A stretch of DNA of 59,033 nucleotides from Raillietiella orientalis (Eukaryota), in assembly GCA_036172245.1 (NCBI GenBank), contig JAYWIR010000103.1, positions 124,001 to 183,033 on the forward strand. Direction: 5' to 3'. The notes under the pieces are model-generated. The model had not been told where the DNA came from. It worked only from the letters and a program-made list of their open reading frames with translations, and ran no database searches. Positions 49,621 through 59,033 of the stretch are shown here, piece after piece. The first letter of the stretch is position 1; each line of letters opens with the position of its first letter. Both the position numbers and the translations under genes were made by a program.

Positions 49621-51669
49621 TTGCCACACGGATACGCCGGGACGTTTATTCAAACTCTCCGCATCGTCACGAAAACATGTGGTACAAGGCTCTACTAACA
49701 GCAAATATTTAGCACGACCTGCCGGGACACCGGGACGCAAACGCGTGTGACTCTACTTTGCAGTAAAAGGAGTAAGGAGAAAACGCACAAAAAAATATAA
49801 CAAACAAAATAAAGAAAAAAAGTTTATAGGTTCGAGAAGAGATCACTGACCACTAAGAGGAGGGTCCATCCTTTGCAGGATGCCCTCGAGGTCTTTCTTT
49901 TTTCCACCCAGCTGGGGCCATCCGGTAGCTCTGTGAAGGTAGCGAACAGCATACGGGATGACGTCCCTCTCGTTGGCGTCTTCATCTTTGGCTTCACTCC
50001 AGGCCGTTACAATTCCACGGATGCAGCAAAGTGCTGCCAGGGCTGCGGCTGGCTGCAGGGCGTCTTGCACGAAAGGAAGGCGGTAAACGTCTCTGGGGTT
50101 GCCGCCAGCCGGTATCCCAAGGGTCGTCCCGAAACATTCCCAGAGGGGCCGGAGGGCAGGACTGTCCACTATCAGGTAAGAGAAGCGCTCTTCCTCCACG
50201 GACCTGGCACACCCAGGGATTACTCTTCTCCTCGTCCAGTGAAAGCAGAGGACGTTGCAAAGTAGATCACAATGCAACAACAGGAGCGCGGACTCTTGCC
50301 ACTTGTGGGGGACGATCCTGGAACCATTCAATAGCAGGGTAACTTCAGTCATCCATCGCGATGCCAAGCAGCTCGCCCCATCTACAAAGTCCACGCGGAA
50401 GGAAACTCGCGGTAGTGGCATCCGCAGTTCTTCCATAGTCCACAAGCTTATCTTCTTCTCCCTGCTCCGATCCGATAGGAGACTTGAAACTTTATCGCCA
50501 GCGTCTGACGGGAGCTATCCATAGGAAGGGAAGCTCCGGAGCTCAAGGAGTGGTCTCTGCCGAAGTGCGACTGGCAGAAAATGCTGGCAGTTCCAGTAAT
50601 TACCTCCATAGTAATTCAGATTCGCCCACGTGATAACGGATTCCTCCAGCCAGGCGGAAGAGTAGGCGCGCTGCAAACCATCCAGCCGTTGTATTTCAGC
50701 GTTTCCATGCTTCCAGAGAGAAGACCACATCTTCTCATCTTCCGGACGTGGCACAGAAGATAAGGCGAAACTCCCTGCGTCCTGGAAACACGGTTGTCCA
50801 GAAATCGGGCCAAAACGTACCATAGGGTGCTTCAAAACTTCGCTGAGATGGCCAAGGTGCGCCGTCGCAGTAGCATCTCCAAGCGCTCCAACGTCAGGAG
50901 GCCAAGACCTCTGTCCCGACGCGGAGAGCACAAGTCCTTCAGAGACACACTAGGCCACCCGCTGTCCCAGCGGGCGATGCAGAGTATGTCCTTAGTCCTC
51001 TTCTTCAACTGGCAAACAAAAGCAGGGAACCGAGAATAAAGGCCGCGAACGGGTTCTAAACCGAGTCCCGTTACGGAAGAAGGAATTTGCCTTCCAGGAA
51101 GGGGCCGATCTCCAGCTCTCCTTTTTCGAGACTACCTGACCAGGCTTCTGCGAGACAGAAGCCACCCAACGGGAGGCCCAGGTATTCCAGGTACCTGGAC
51201 GTGGAAATCACAAGCGGAACCAGTCAGACCGTCGGAAGCACGTCGCACCAACCACTACCACCAACGACTTCGCCTTGTTCACCCGCAGTCCTGTTCCACG
51301 GCTTAGCAGAACGAACATGTCCGCGACAGCGCATGCATGGGCAGACATGGTCAACATCAGCAGAAGATCGTCAGCGTAATCTGCTACGGCGGGCGCACCG
51401 GGGCACGAGCTCGGCAAGGCAGCCAAAGTCACCCTGTATGCTCTTAGCATCGACTCAAAGTAGGCGCTGAAGAGCAGGGGACTGAGGCTATCACCATACC
51501 GTATGGACCGCCGCTCCACCAGGCCGTACGTGGTTTGTCCGCTGAAGGAGACGGTAAATATTGCATGGCGCCAGCAGGAGCGCAGCTATGTGATAAAGAT
51601 GTGTGGGATGACCATGCCACCTAGGACCTCCAGCAGGAGATCGTCGTCCACGCAGTCGAACGCCTTGCG
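49621..51669 (-). mobile_element. Decayed retrotransposon K (D-like), from RT KAFDC to 3' end; antisense in M and host of B2
   Basis: RKAFDCVDDDLL, RYGDSLSP, YADD, ...LQRMDPPLSGQ. 3' end AATAAACGTCCCGGCGTATCCGTGTGGCAA. Confidence 0.9.
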
Positions 51670-51690
51670 TGCTCCAGGGTGGACGTGTTT
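51652..51690 (+). promoter_or_regulatory. Putative composite Inr + DPE core promoter of B2 (equivalents at A1 4998/4971, B1 11485/11458, C 16204/16177, A2 57859/57886)
   Basis: gcAgtc (A at 51654, in host K) and GGACGTG starting at 51681, which is +28, the canonical Inr-DPE spacing. Confidence 0.65.
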
Positions 51691-54600
51691 TCTCGGTGCT
51701 CCTCGTGCCAGGAAGTCTCCCCCAGTGCAAGCGTCGTGAAGTTCGGTGGTCGATCAGGCAGCGATGCCTGACGCGACCACCAGGGATGGCCAGAAGGCAG
51801 CGGCAAGGCCGCCCCCAGAGGCAATAGAGAGCCAGGGGGCGGCGGCAACGTCGCCCCCAGAGGCGATGGAGGTGGGGGCATCCGCCCCCACAGAATCGGT
51901 CCCCGCTGCAGCGCGGGCGTGGAGCGCAGTTGTGTCGGCGCCATCGCCTGCAGCCACGGCGGAATTGTCGGCCTATGTAGAGGAGGGGTACAACCCCTCA
52001 TTGTTCTACAAGGTAGGCAATTTATATTCTTTAGAGAGCGCGCGCGCCTTCTCCAAGGGTATGCGCGCTCTCGATGTAAAAGAGGAGGAGCTCAGCGCTA
52101 TGACCATCCGCAGCGGGGGTCAGTACGTTGAGGTCATCTGCAAACAAGCAGAGCTGGCCCAACGACTGCTTGAAATGCCCGTGGTCATGGGGACGCGCAG
52201 GCTCCTCCCTATTACGGCGGACCGCAGCATGGTCGTCCACCTGTTAGGTGTTACCGCGCGGATGCGCAAGGAACAGGTTCGCGCCGCGTTGGAGGAATAC
52301 GGAACAGTCCACGCGCAGTGGACGAAAGTTAGTTCTTTCGAGGACTACACGGGGCTGCAGCACGGCCTCACTGCTGCGCGCGTGACCGTTCGGGAGGGCT
52401 GCACTGTTCCCCACAAACTGGTGGTCGAAGGCGAAACCGTCGACCTCTGGTATGTAGGGAAGCCGAAATACTGTGGCTTCTGCAATACGTCGGGCCACCT
52501 CAAAAACAGGTGTCCTAATGTGCAGTGCCAAGTATGCGGAACCATGGGACACATCAAAGAGGTGTGCCCTAAAGCAGCAGTGCGGGTGGTTTCCAAGAGA
52601 AACCTTAGAAAACGCGCCCGGCTTCTGCAGAAAAGGCTGGCGGCGAAAGCTGCCGCGAAGGCTGTGCCACCCGAGCCTAAGGCCCAGACCGCACCCGAGA
52701 CCCCGACGAACAACGCCCAACAAGTCGAGGGAACAAGCCAGGAGCCTGGGTGGCAGGTGGTTACGGCCAAAAAATCAAAGAAGGAGAGGAGGATGGAGAA
52801 AAAGCCCGCGTACCGCCAGAAAAAACAGCAGGCAAGAGAGCATATAAAAGAATGCAGCGTTGTCGTCAAGCGTACTCCCGATCGCTGCGAAAAAGAACTC
52901 GCCGCGACCGACGACAACCCCTCTGTTGACTCTGTCAAGAGCGAGGGGAGCGAGCCGGCGGCGGCGTCCGTCATCGACACCACCATCGATGGCGTAGCCT
53001 TCGCGCGAGCCGGGGAGGAGCTGGCAGCCTCGTTGCAGCCAGAACCCTCTAAGGCTGGCAAGAAGGCCGTAAAGCGTCCGGCCTCCCCTCAGGAGTCACC
53101 CACTTCCGACCCCGAGATGGAGGCCGGAAGCGCAGCCTCCGTTTCCACAGCACCGCGCAAGAAGGCTGGACGTAAGTCCACAAAGCCAAGGAAGCTCGTC
53201 TCCCCCGACGAAGGGGAAGAGATGGCTTCCGCAAGCGAAGGTGCCATGAGCGTGGGAAACTCTCGGGACCCGTCGCCCGAGAGACTCCCACGCACGGGCA
53301 CGGAGGGGATGGAGGGGGTGGAGGACGAACAGGTGCCTCAGGTGCCTGAGAAGGCCGAAACCCCCATGGACATCCCGCCCGCCTCGCAAGAGACGGGCTC
53401 CCCCACACCTTAATCTTCCCAGCAGTAATGCCGGGAATCTCCTCCTGCCGTCGTCTGCCCATCGCCGTTTGGAACGTGAACGGCATGACAGACACCGGCA
53501 GGAGACGAGACATGGCCGCCCTTCTGGAGTCCTACGACCTTGCGCTGCTGCAGGAGATCCACGTGATCTCTGGAGTACAAGCGCAAGAGATCGAACGGAT
53601 CTCCGGAGGGCGGCTATGGTACAGGTGTGGGAGAGCGAAAAGTTGCGGTGTCGCCTACCTGCTTCGGCCAGCCTTCAAAGCCGCGGCTCGGGGCGTGCGG
53701 TTCGACGATCACGGTCGTGTCGGCCAGCTGACTCTCAGGTGGTCCGACTCGATCGATCTGATCGTCACGAACGTGTACGCTCCGAGCGGCGCGAACCTGA
53801 TGACCAGGAGTGCGAGGAAAGAGTTTTTCGTTGCCCTTCGGCGAGACTGGCTGACCGAAGCAGGCGTGCGGAATGCCTACCTGGTTGCAGGCGATTTCAA
53901 AGTTCGCCTGAAACCAGAAGGGTAGAATCCCGAGCGTGACCTGGTCAACGAAATGTGCATGGCGGTGCACACCTGGAATTTGTTGGCCAGTGCACTGGGG
54001 ATGGAAGACAGCATTGAGCACGTGTTTCTTGACCAGCACCTGTGCCCTCGCGAGGGCAGGCGCGGCAAGTTACCGTGCGAGCTGTCCGACCATCGCCCGC
54101 TAGTCATCGAGATCCATCCGCGCAACAGGGGCCCCCCTCGTCAGCGTGTCGTCTCCCAGGGAACTGGCTGAAGCTCCCGGACGCGGCGGAACATCTCCGC
54201 ACGTTCATACGGAGCTTCAGGCTGCGGACACTCCAGGATTGGGACCGCTTCAAGCGTTCGGTCCAGGAGTTCTGCGACCAGTTTCCTCTGCACCGCCTAC
54301 CTACGGGTTTTGGGACTGGGGTCCGTAACGAACGAGCCTACCTGTAGGCCCGTCGTTACGCCAGGACCTCCGACATCCGTAGGCTGGCGGATTACAAAGC
54401 GGGAGCCTAGAGGCAAGCCTGGCAGTCCGGACTGGCCAGTTTGCGGGACGATCAGGACCAAGAGCACTCGGCACCCGCCCAAATCCGCGGCCTGCTGCGG
54501 AGTTACTACTTCTCCCTGTATGCCAGGGCACCTCCAGAGAGGAACGTCTCACGTCTCCTGCTTGCGGAAGGCTCTCCAGCGATCGGGGAGGAGCAGAGAA

Positions 54601-54888
54601 AGACCCTCGACGAGCCTTTCACGATGGACGAGATCCTCTCGGCCATCGGAAAGTTGAAGAGTCTCCAGGCTCCAGGGGAGGACGGCCTGCCCGCGGAGTT
54701 TTACCAAACTTTTGCGTCTAAACTTACCCCCCTGGTACAGCAAATCAGCTTGCTGATACGCGAAACAGGTGACGTTCCCGCCTCGTTTCCTTCGGCAAAG
54801 GTGCGACTCCTCCCTCAGGGAGGAGACCTGAGGAGCATGAACAACTGGCGTCCCATGACAATAGTGAATGCGGACGCCAAGTTGCTGG
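51670..54888 (+). mobile_element. Retrotransposon B2, 5' part (ORF2 53428-54888 with stops and frameshifts), interrupted by L
   Basis: Closely similar to B1 through the 5' UTR, ORF1 and EN. Ends at NADAKLL. Confidence 0.94.
51764..53413 (+). CDS. Intact ORF1 of B2 (two CCHC knuckles)
   Basis: MPDATTRD...; CGFCNTSGHLKNRC and CQVCGTMGHIKEVC; uninterrupted frame. Confidence 0.92.
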   Translation: MPDATTRDGQKAAARPPPEAIESQGAAATSPPEAMEVGASAPTESVPAAARAWSAVVSAPSPAATAELSAYVEEGYNPSLFYKVGNLYSLESARAFSKGMRALDVKEEELSAMTIRSGGQYVEVICKQAELAQRLLEMPVVMGTRRLLPITADRSMVVHLLGVTARMRKEQVRAALEEYGTVHAQWTKVSSFEDYTGLQHGLTAARVTVREGCTVPHKLVVEGETVDLWYVGKPKYCGFCNTSGHLKNRCPNVQCQVCGTMGHIKEVCPKAAVRVVSKRNLRKRARLLQKRLAAKAAAKAVPPEPKAQTAPETPTNNAQQVEGTSQEPGWQVVTAKKSKKERRMEKKPAYRQKKQQAREHIKECSVVVKRTPDRCEKELAATDDNPSVDSVKSEGSEPAAASVIDTTIDGVAFARAGEELAASLQPEPSKAGKKAVKRPASPQESPTSDPEMEAGSAASVSTAPRKKAGRKSTKPRKLVSPDEGEEMASASEGAMSVGNSRDPSPERLPRTGTEGMEGVEDEQVPQVPEKAETPMDIPPASQETGSPTP

Positions 54889-57880
54889 TTGCCACCCGGT
54901 AACGCCGGGGCGTTTATTAAAAATTCTCTATGATTCGTGGTACGAAGCCCCACTACGGCCAACTCAGCTGGACCTGCCTGGTCGCCGGTACGCTGACCGG
55001 CGCGACTCTCCTCGGCAGCGGAAGGGGGTGGGAGAAAAAAAAAAAAGAAAAATAAAACATAAAAACAAAAAGATTCTGGAGGGTTGGGGAGGGATCACTG
55101 ACCACTCGGAGGAGGGTCCATCCTTCGCAGGATGCCCTCGAGGTCCGTCCGTATAATTCCCAGGTGGGGCCATCTGGTCACAATCCGCAGGTAGCGGACT
55201 GAAAGTACAACGGCATCCCTGTCGTGGCTCGGTCTTCTGACGTTGCTCCAGCACGTAAGAATCCCGCGTACGCAGCTAAGTGCAGCCAGAGTAGCGGCTG
55301 GACGCAGGGCATCATGCACGAACAGAACCCGTAAAACGTCTCTGGGCTGGCTGCCCTCCTGGATCCGTATGGAGGCACGAAGAAGTTCCCACAGGGGTCG
55401 GAGGGCAGCACGATCAACAAGGAGGTGGGGGAGCGTTTCCCGTTCCCCAAACCTGATGCAGGTAGGATCTACTCGACCCCTGGTCCAGTGGTGGCGGCGT
55501 GCGTTGCATGGTAGGCCCCAATGCAACAACAGAAGCGCCGACTCCTGCCACTTCAGGGGTAGGATCCTAGAACCAATTAATACCGGGGGCCACTTTAGGT
55601 CATCCGGCTGGATGCCGAGTAGCTCACCCCATCTCTGAAGTCCTCTCGGCTGGACACTAGGGGTACTGGCGTCCGCCAGTTCACCCGTGGACAAGACGCT
55701 GATCAACTTCTCCTTGCCTGCGATGCGGCAGGAGACTTGCCACCTACTCTTGCGGGTGCTGGAGAGCGCCCTCCTCAGGAAGGGCCTCGCCGTAGCTACG
55801 GGGGTTTCTCTGCCCACGTGCTTCTCGCGGGACACTGGAGTATCTTCCGCAGAGTGCAGCGAAAATAGGCGCCGCGTCCCAGGCAGTTCCACATCTCCCC
55901 GTTCTTCTGGTTTATCTTCGCCCACGTGCCAGCTGTTTCCTCCAGCCATGCGGAGGAGTTGGCGGGGCTGCATACCATCCAGCCGTATTTCTTAGCCAGA
56001 GTTGCCATTCGTCCCAGGAGAAGTCCGCATCTCTTGATCTTCCTGCGACGGCACAGAAGATAGGACGCGAGACCCTCCGTCCCGGATACACGGCTGGCAA
56101 GGAGTCGGGCCGGAACGCACCAAGGGGTGCTCCATAACTTCGCTGCGATGGCGAGGGTTCGGAAGCGCAGCTGAATCTTTACTCGCTCCATCGTGAAGAG
56201 GCCGAGACCGCCATCCCGACGTGGAGCACACAAGTCCTTCAACGGGACTCGGGGCCTCCCTCTTCCCCAAAGGGCAATTCTCAGGAGGTCCTTCGTCCGT
56301 TTTTTCAACTCTCTGGGGACCGAACAAACAAAAGCTGGGGGCGGAGGATAGAAGCCGCGAACGCGTTCCATACCGCGGCCCGTTCCGGAAGGAGAAACTT
56401 GTCTTCCATGAACGGGCCGATCGCCGTTTCCACTTTTTGGAGGCAGCCGGACCACGCTTCCGCAGGGGAGTAGTCCCCCAACGGCACAGCAAGGTACTTC
56501 AAGCACCTCGCCGTGCGGATCCCCAAGCGGACCCAGTCCTGCTGCCCTGTCCACGTCGCTCCAACTGGCAACACTGACGACTTCGCCCTGTTAACCTGTA
56601 ATCCAACCCCACGGTTAAGCAGGTGGAACAAATCTCCGACCGTCTTCGCCGGGGTGAACATAGGTAAGAGGAGCAGAAGATCGTCGGCATACGCCGCTAC
56701 GGCTGGCGTGCCGGGGCACGAGCTCGGCAAGGGGGCCAAAGTCACCCTGTACGCTCTCAGCACCAACTCAAAGTAGGTGCTAAAGAGCAGGGGACTGAGG
56801 CTGTCGCCCTGCCGTATGCCCCGCCGTACCGGCACGCCGTACGCCATTTGACCTCTGATTGAGATATTGATCAGCGCGCTGCGCCAGCAAGAGCGCAGGT
56901 GGGTCAGTAGGAAGGGAGGGAAGCCCATGCGTCCCAGGAGATCAAGCAGGAGATCCTGGTCCACGCAGTCAAACGCTTTATGCAGATCGACTGCGATCGC
57001 TAGGGCTCCCTTACCCACCTGGGAGTCCTGTCCCTGCCCGGCTGACGCCCCCAAAGCGGGGCTGCCAATCCTTCTCTCTTCCTTTTCTTCATTACTCTGC
57101 ACATGAAACCATGTGCTCGCGAAGAACAGGTTGGCCTCCATACTTCGCCCGGGAACAGCGTAAGTCTGCTCCGGGCTAATTATGGAATTGGCTACCTGTC
57201 CCAGACGCGAAGCCCACAGTCCGTCGATCAACTTGGCGTCCGTGTTCACAATTGTGATCGGACGGCAGTTGCTGAGTTTCCTGAGGTCTCCTCCTTTCGG
57301 AAGGAGCCTCACTCTGGCTGACCGAAACGAGGCGGGTACATTGCCTTCATCTCGGATCAGCCTTGTCAACTCAAGCACCAGGGGTGCCAACTCTGCCGCG
57401 AAGCATTGAAAAAACTCCGCAGGCAGGCCGTCCTCCCCTAATGCTTTCCGCCTCTTGAGCCTACTGATACCGGCGAGAATTTCGCCGGTGGTAAAAGGCT
57501 CGTCGAGGCTTTCTTTCTCCTCCTCCTATTGCCGGGGCACCGTTCGGAAGCAACCGCCGAGAGGCATCTTGGTCCGGGGGCGCCCTGGCGTAAAGGGAGG
57601 AATAATAACGCCGCAGGAGGTTCCGTATTCTAGCCAAGGCCGAGTGCTCCCGGCCCTATCGTCCAGCAAGCTGGCCGATCCGGATTGCCAGGCTTGACGT
57701 TTGGCCCCGGCTCGGTACTCTGCCAGGCGACGGACATTGGGGGTCCTCGCGTAACGACGGGCATACAAGTACGCTCGTTAATTACGGATCCCATCTCCAA
57801 ATCCCCGGGGCAGGAGGTGCAAGGGGAACTCCTCGCAAAACTCGCGGACCGAGGCCCCAGTCAGCGTGATTGCAGAGCGT
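54889..57880 (-). mobile_element. Retrotransposon L (D/G-like), linker-RT-zinc finger-3' UTR, frameshifted; antisense in B2 and host of A2
   Basis: DLHKAFD, RQGDSLSP and YADD in ORF 56305-57390. C-terminus ...RMDPPPSGQ at 55095. 3' end AATAAACGCCCCGGCGTTACCGGGTGGCAA. Confidence 0.92.
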
Positions 57881-59033
57881 CGAGCGGACGTGTCTTTTCG
57901 TTGCTCCTGAGTTTCATTTCCGTTGGTGCTTGTGCTTGGTGTGGGTGGAGGATTAGGCAGCAATGCCTGATACCACCACCGGTGAGGATCCGGGGGCGAT
58001 GACCTCATTGCCCCCGGAGCAGATGGAGGTGGGAGCTCCCGCATCAGTGGAGGCTCCCGCCAGCACAGATGCGCCCCCGGCCCTACCCAGGGCTTGGAAC
58101 GCCGTGGCTGCGGCACCTACGCCAGCGGCTATGGCGGAAATGAGCGCTTACCTGGAGGAGGGGTATAATTCACCCCTTCTATATAAGGTAGGCGGTTTAT
58201 ATTCTCCCGAGAACGCGCGCGGCTTTCCGCAGGCGATGCGCGTTCTCGGTGTACAAAAAGAGGAGCTTCTGGCTATGTCCGTCGGAAGCGGGGGTCAATT
58301 CGTGGAAGTTATCTGCAAGGAGGCAACTCTTGCGCAGAGACTTCTGCGAACCCCCGTAATTATGGGCAGCCGGAGGCTTCTCCCCATTACTGAAGACCGG
58401 TCGGTGATCATTCACCTGACCGGTATCACGTTCCGGATGACGAAGAAGGCCGCACGGAACGAATTAGAAAAATTTGCAACTGTCAACGCGCTGTGTGGAA
58501 AGCCCACTCCTTTTGTCGATTACGACGGGGTGCTTGGCGGCTTGGGTGCAGCGCGAGTGACGGTTCGCGAGGGATGTGAGTTTCCCCACAAACTCACCGT
58601 CAACGTTGAATCCGTTGACGTGTGGTACGTGGGGAAACCCAAGTTTTGCGGCTGCTGCAGCAGCTTCGGTCACCTTAAAATGAGGTGTCCGAGCGTGCAG
58701 TGCCAGCATTGCAAACAAGCGGGCACACCCGTCTGGTGTGCCCCCATAACACCTTCCGCGTCGTGTCCGCGAAAAACGCGAGAAAGCGAGCGGCAAAAAA
58801 GAGTAAGTAGCTGGCAGCTCGTGCTGCTGCTAAGAAGATCACATCCGCCACCAAGGCGAAGGTCAGCCCCGAGACCCCGGCGAAAAACGCCGAAAAGATC
58901 GAGGGCGAGGGTCAAGAGCCAGGGTGGCAGAAGGTCGATCCCAAGAAAAACTCCCATAAGAAGGGAAAGAACGTGGCGAAACGGAGCGAAACCGCTCTGC
59001 GCCGCGAAAAAATTAAAAGCTGCTGCGTCGTTG
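57881..59033 (+). mobile_element. Retrotransposon A2, 5' UTR and ORF1 (ATG 57963, frameshift ~58720), runs off the window
   Basis: Near-identical to the reverse complement of A1 4976-3830. Confidence 0.94.

Noticed and set aside
1..59033. Large inverted repeats (A1/A2, B1/B2) as one inverted duplication or giant transposon
   Set aside because: The nesting order and host flanks differ between the two sides, so independent insertions explain them better.
1..59033. Prokaryotic systems (CRISPR, retron, group II intron, DGR) or LTR elements
   Set aside because: There is no repeat-spacer array, LTRs, integrase or protease. The RTs are APE-type non-LTR and the context has spliceosomal introns.

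Overview
Eukaryotic genomic DNA, probably from an invertebrate. The 43-49 nt introns with TTTCAG/TTCCAG acceptors are nematode-like, but that is inference. About 40 kb (1-30.6 kb and 48.7-59 kb) is a dense, nested array of GC-rich L1/Tx1-like non-LTR retrotransposons. Each has a CCHC-knuckle ORF1, an APE endonuclease-RT-zinc finger ORF2, TAATG/TGATG-type ORF coupling, and a 3' terminal hairpin instead of a long poly(A). I label the elements A1/A2, B1/B2, C, D, E, F, G, H, J, K, L and M. They insert into one another up to five levels deep, mostly antisense, and repeatedly at the same conserved coding motifs of related elements (KAFDC, TLxNLxDW, PxGFG, GDFN). At all five antisense full-length 5' junctions, the element's DPE-like GGACGTG lies exactly at +28 from an Inr-like CA supplied by the host element, which suggests a promoter completed by the target site. 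Between 25.7 and 34.2 kb lie several virus-like inserts, all on the + strand: a Qinviridae-like nucleocapsid segment fused to a 5'-truncated LINE, a small CCCH-finger ORF ending in a mononegavirus-type gene-end, an intron-containing CRESS-DNA-virus Rep, and two unidentified decayed ORFs. The 35.5-48.7 kb stretch is AT-rich host DNA with a multi-exon gene of unknown function on the minus strand.
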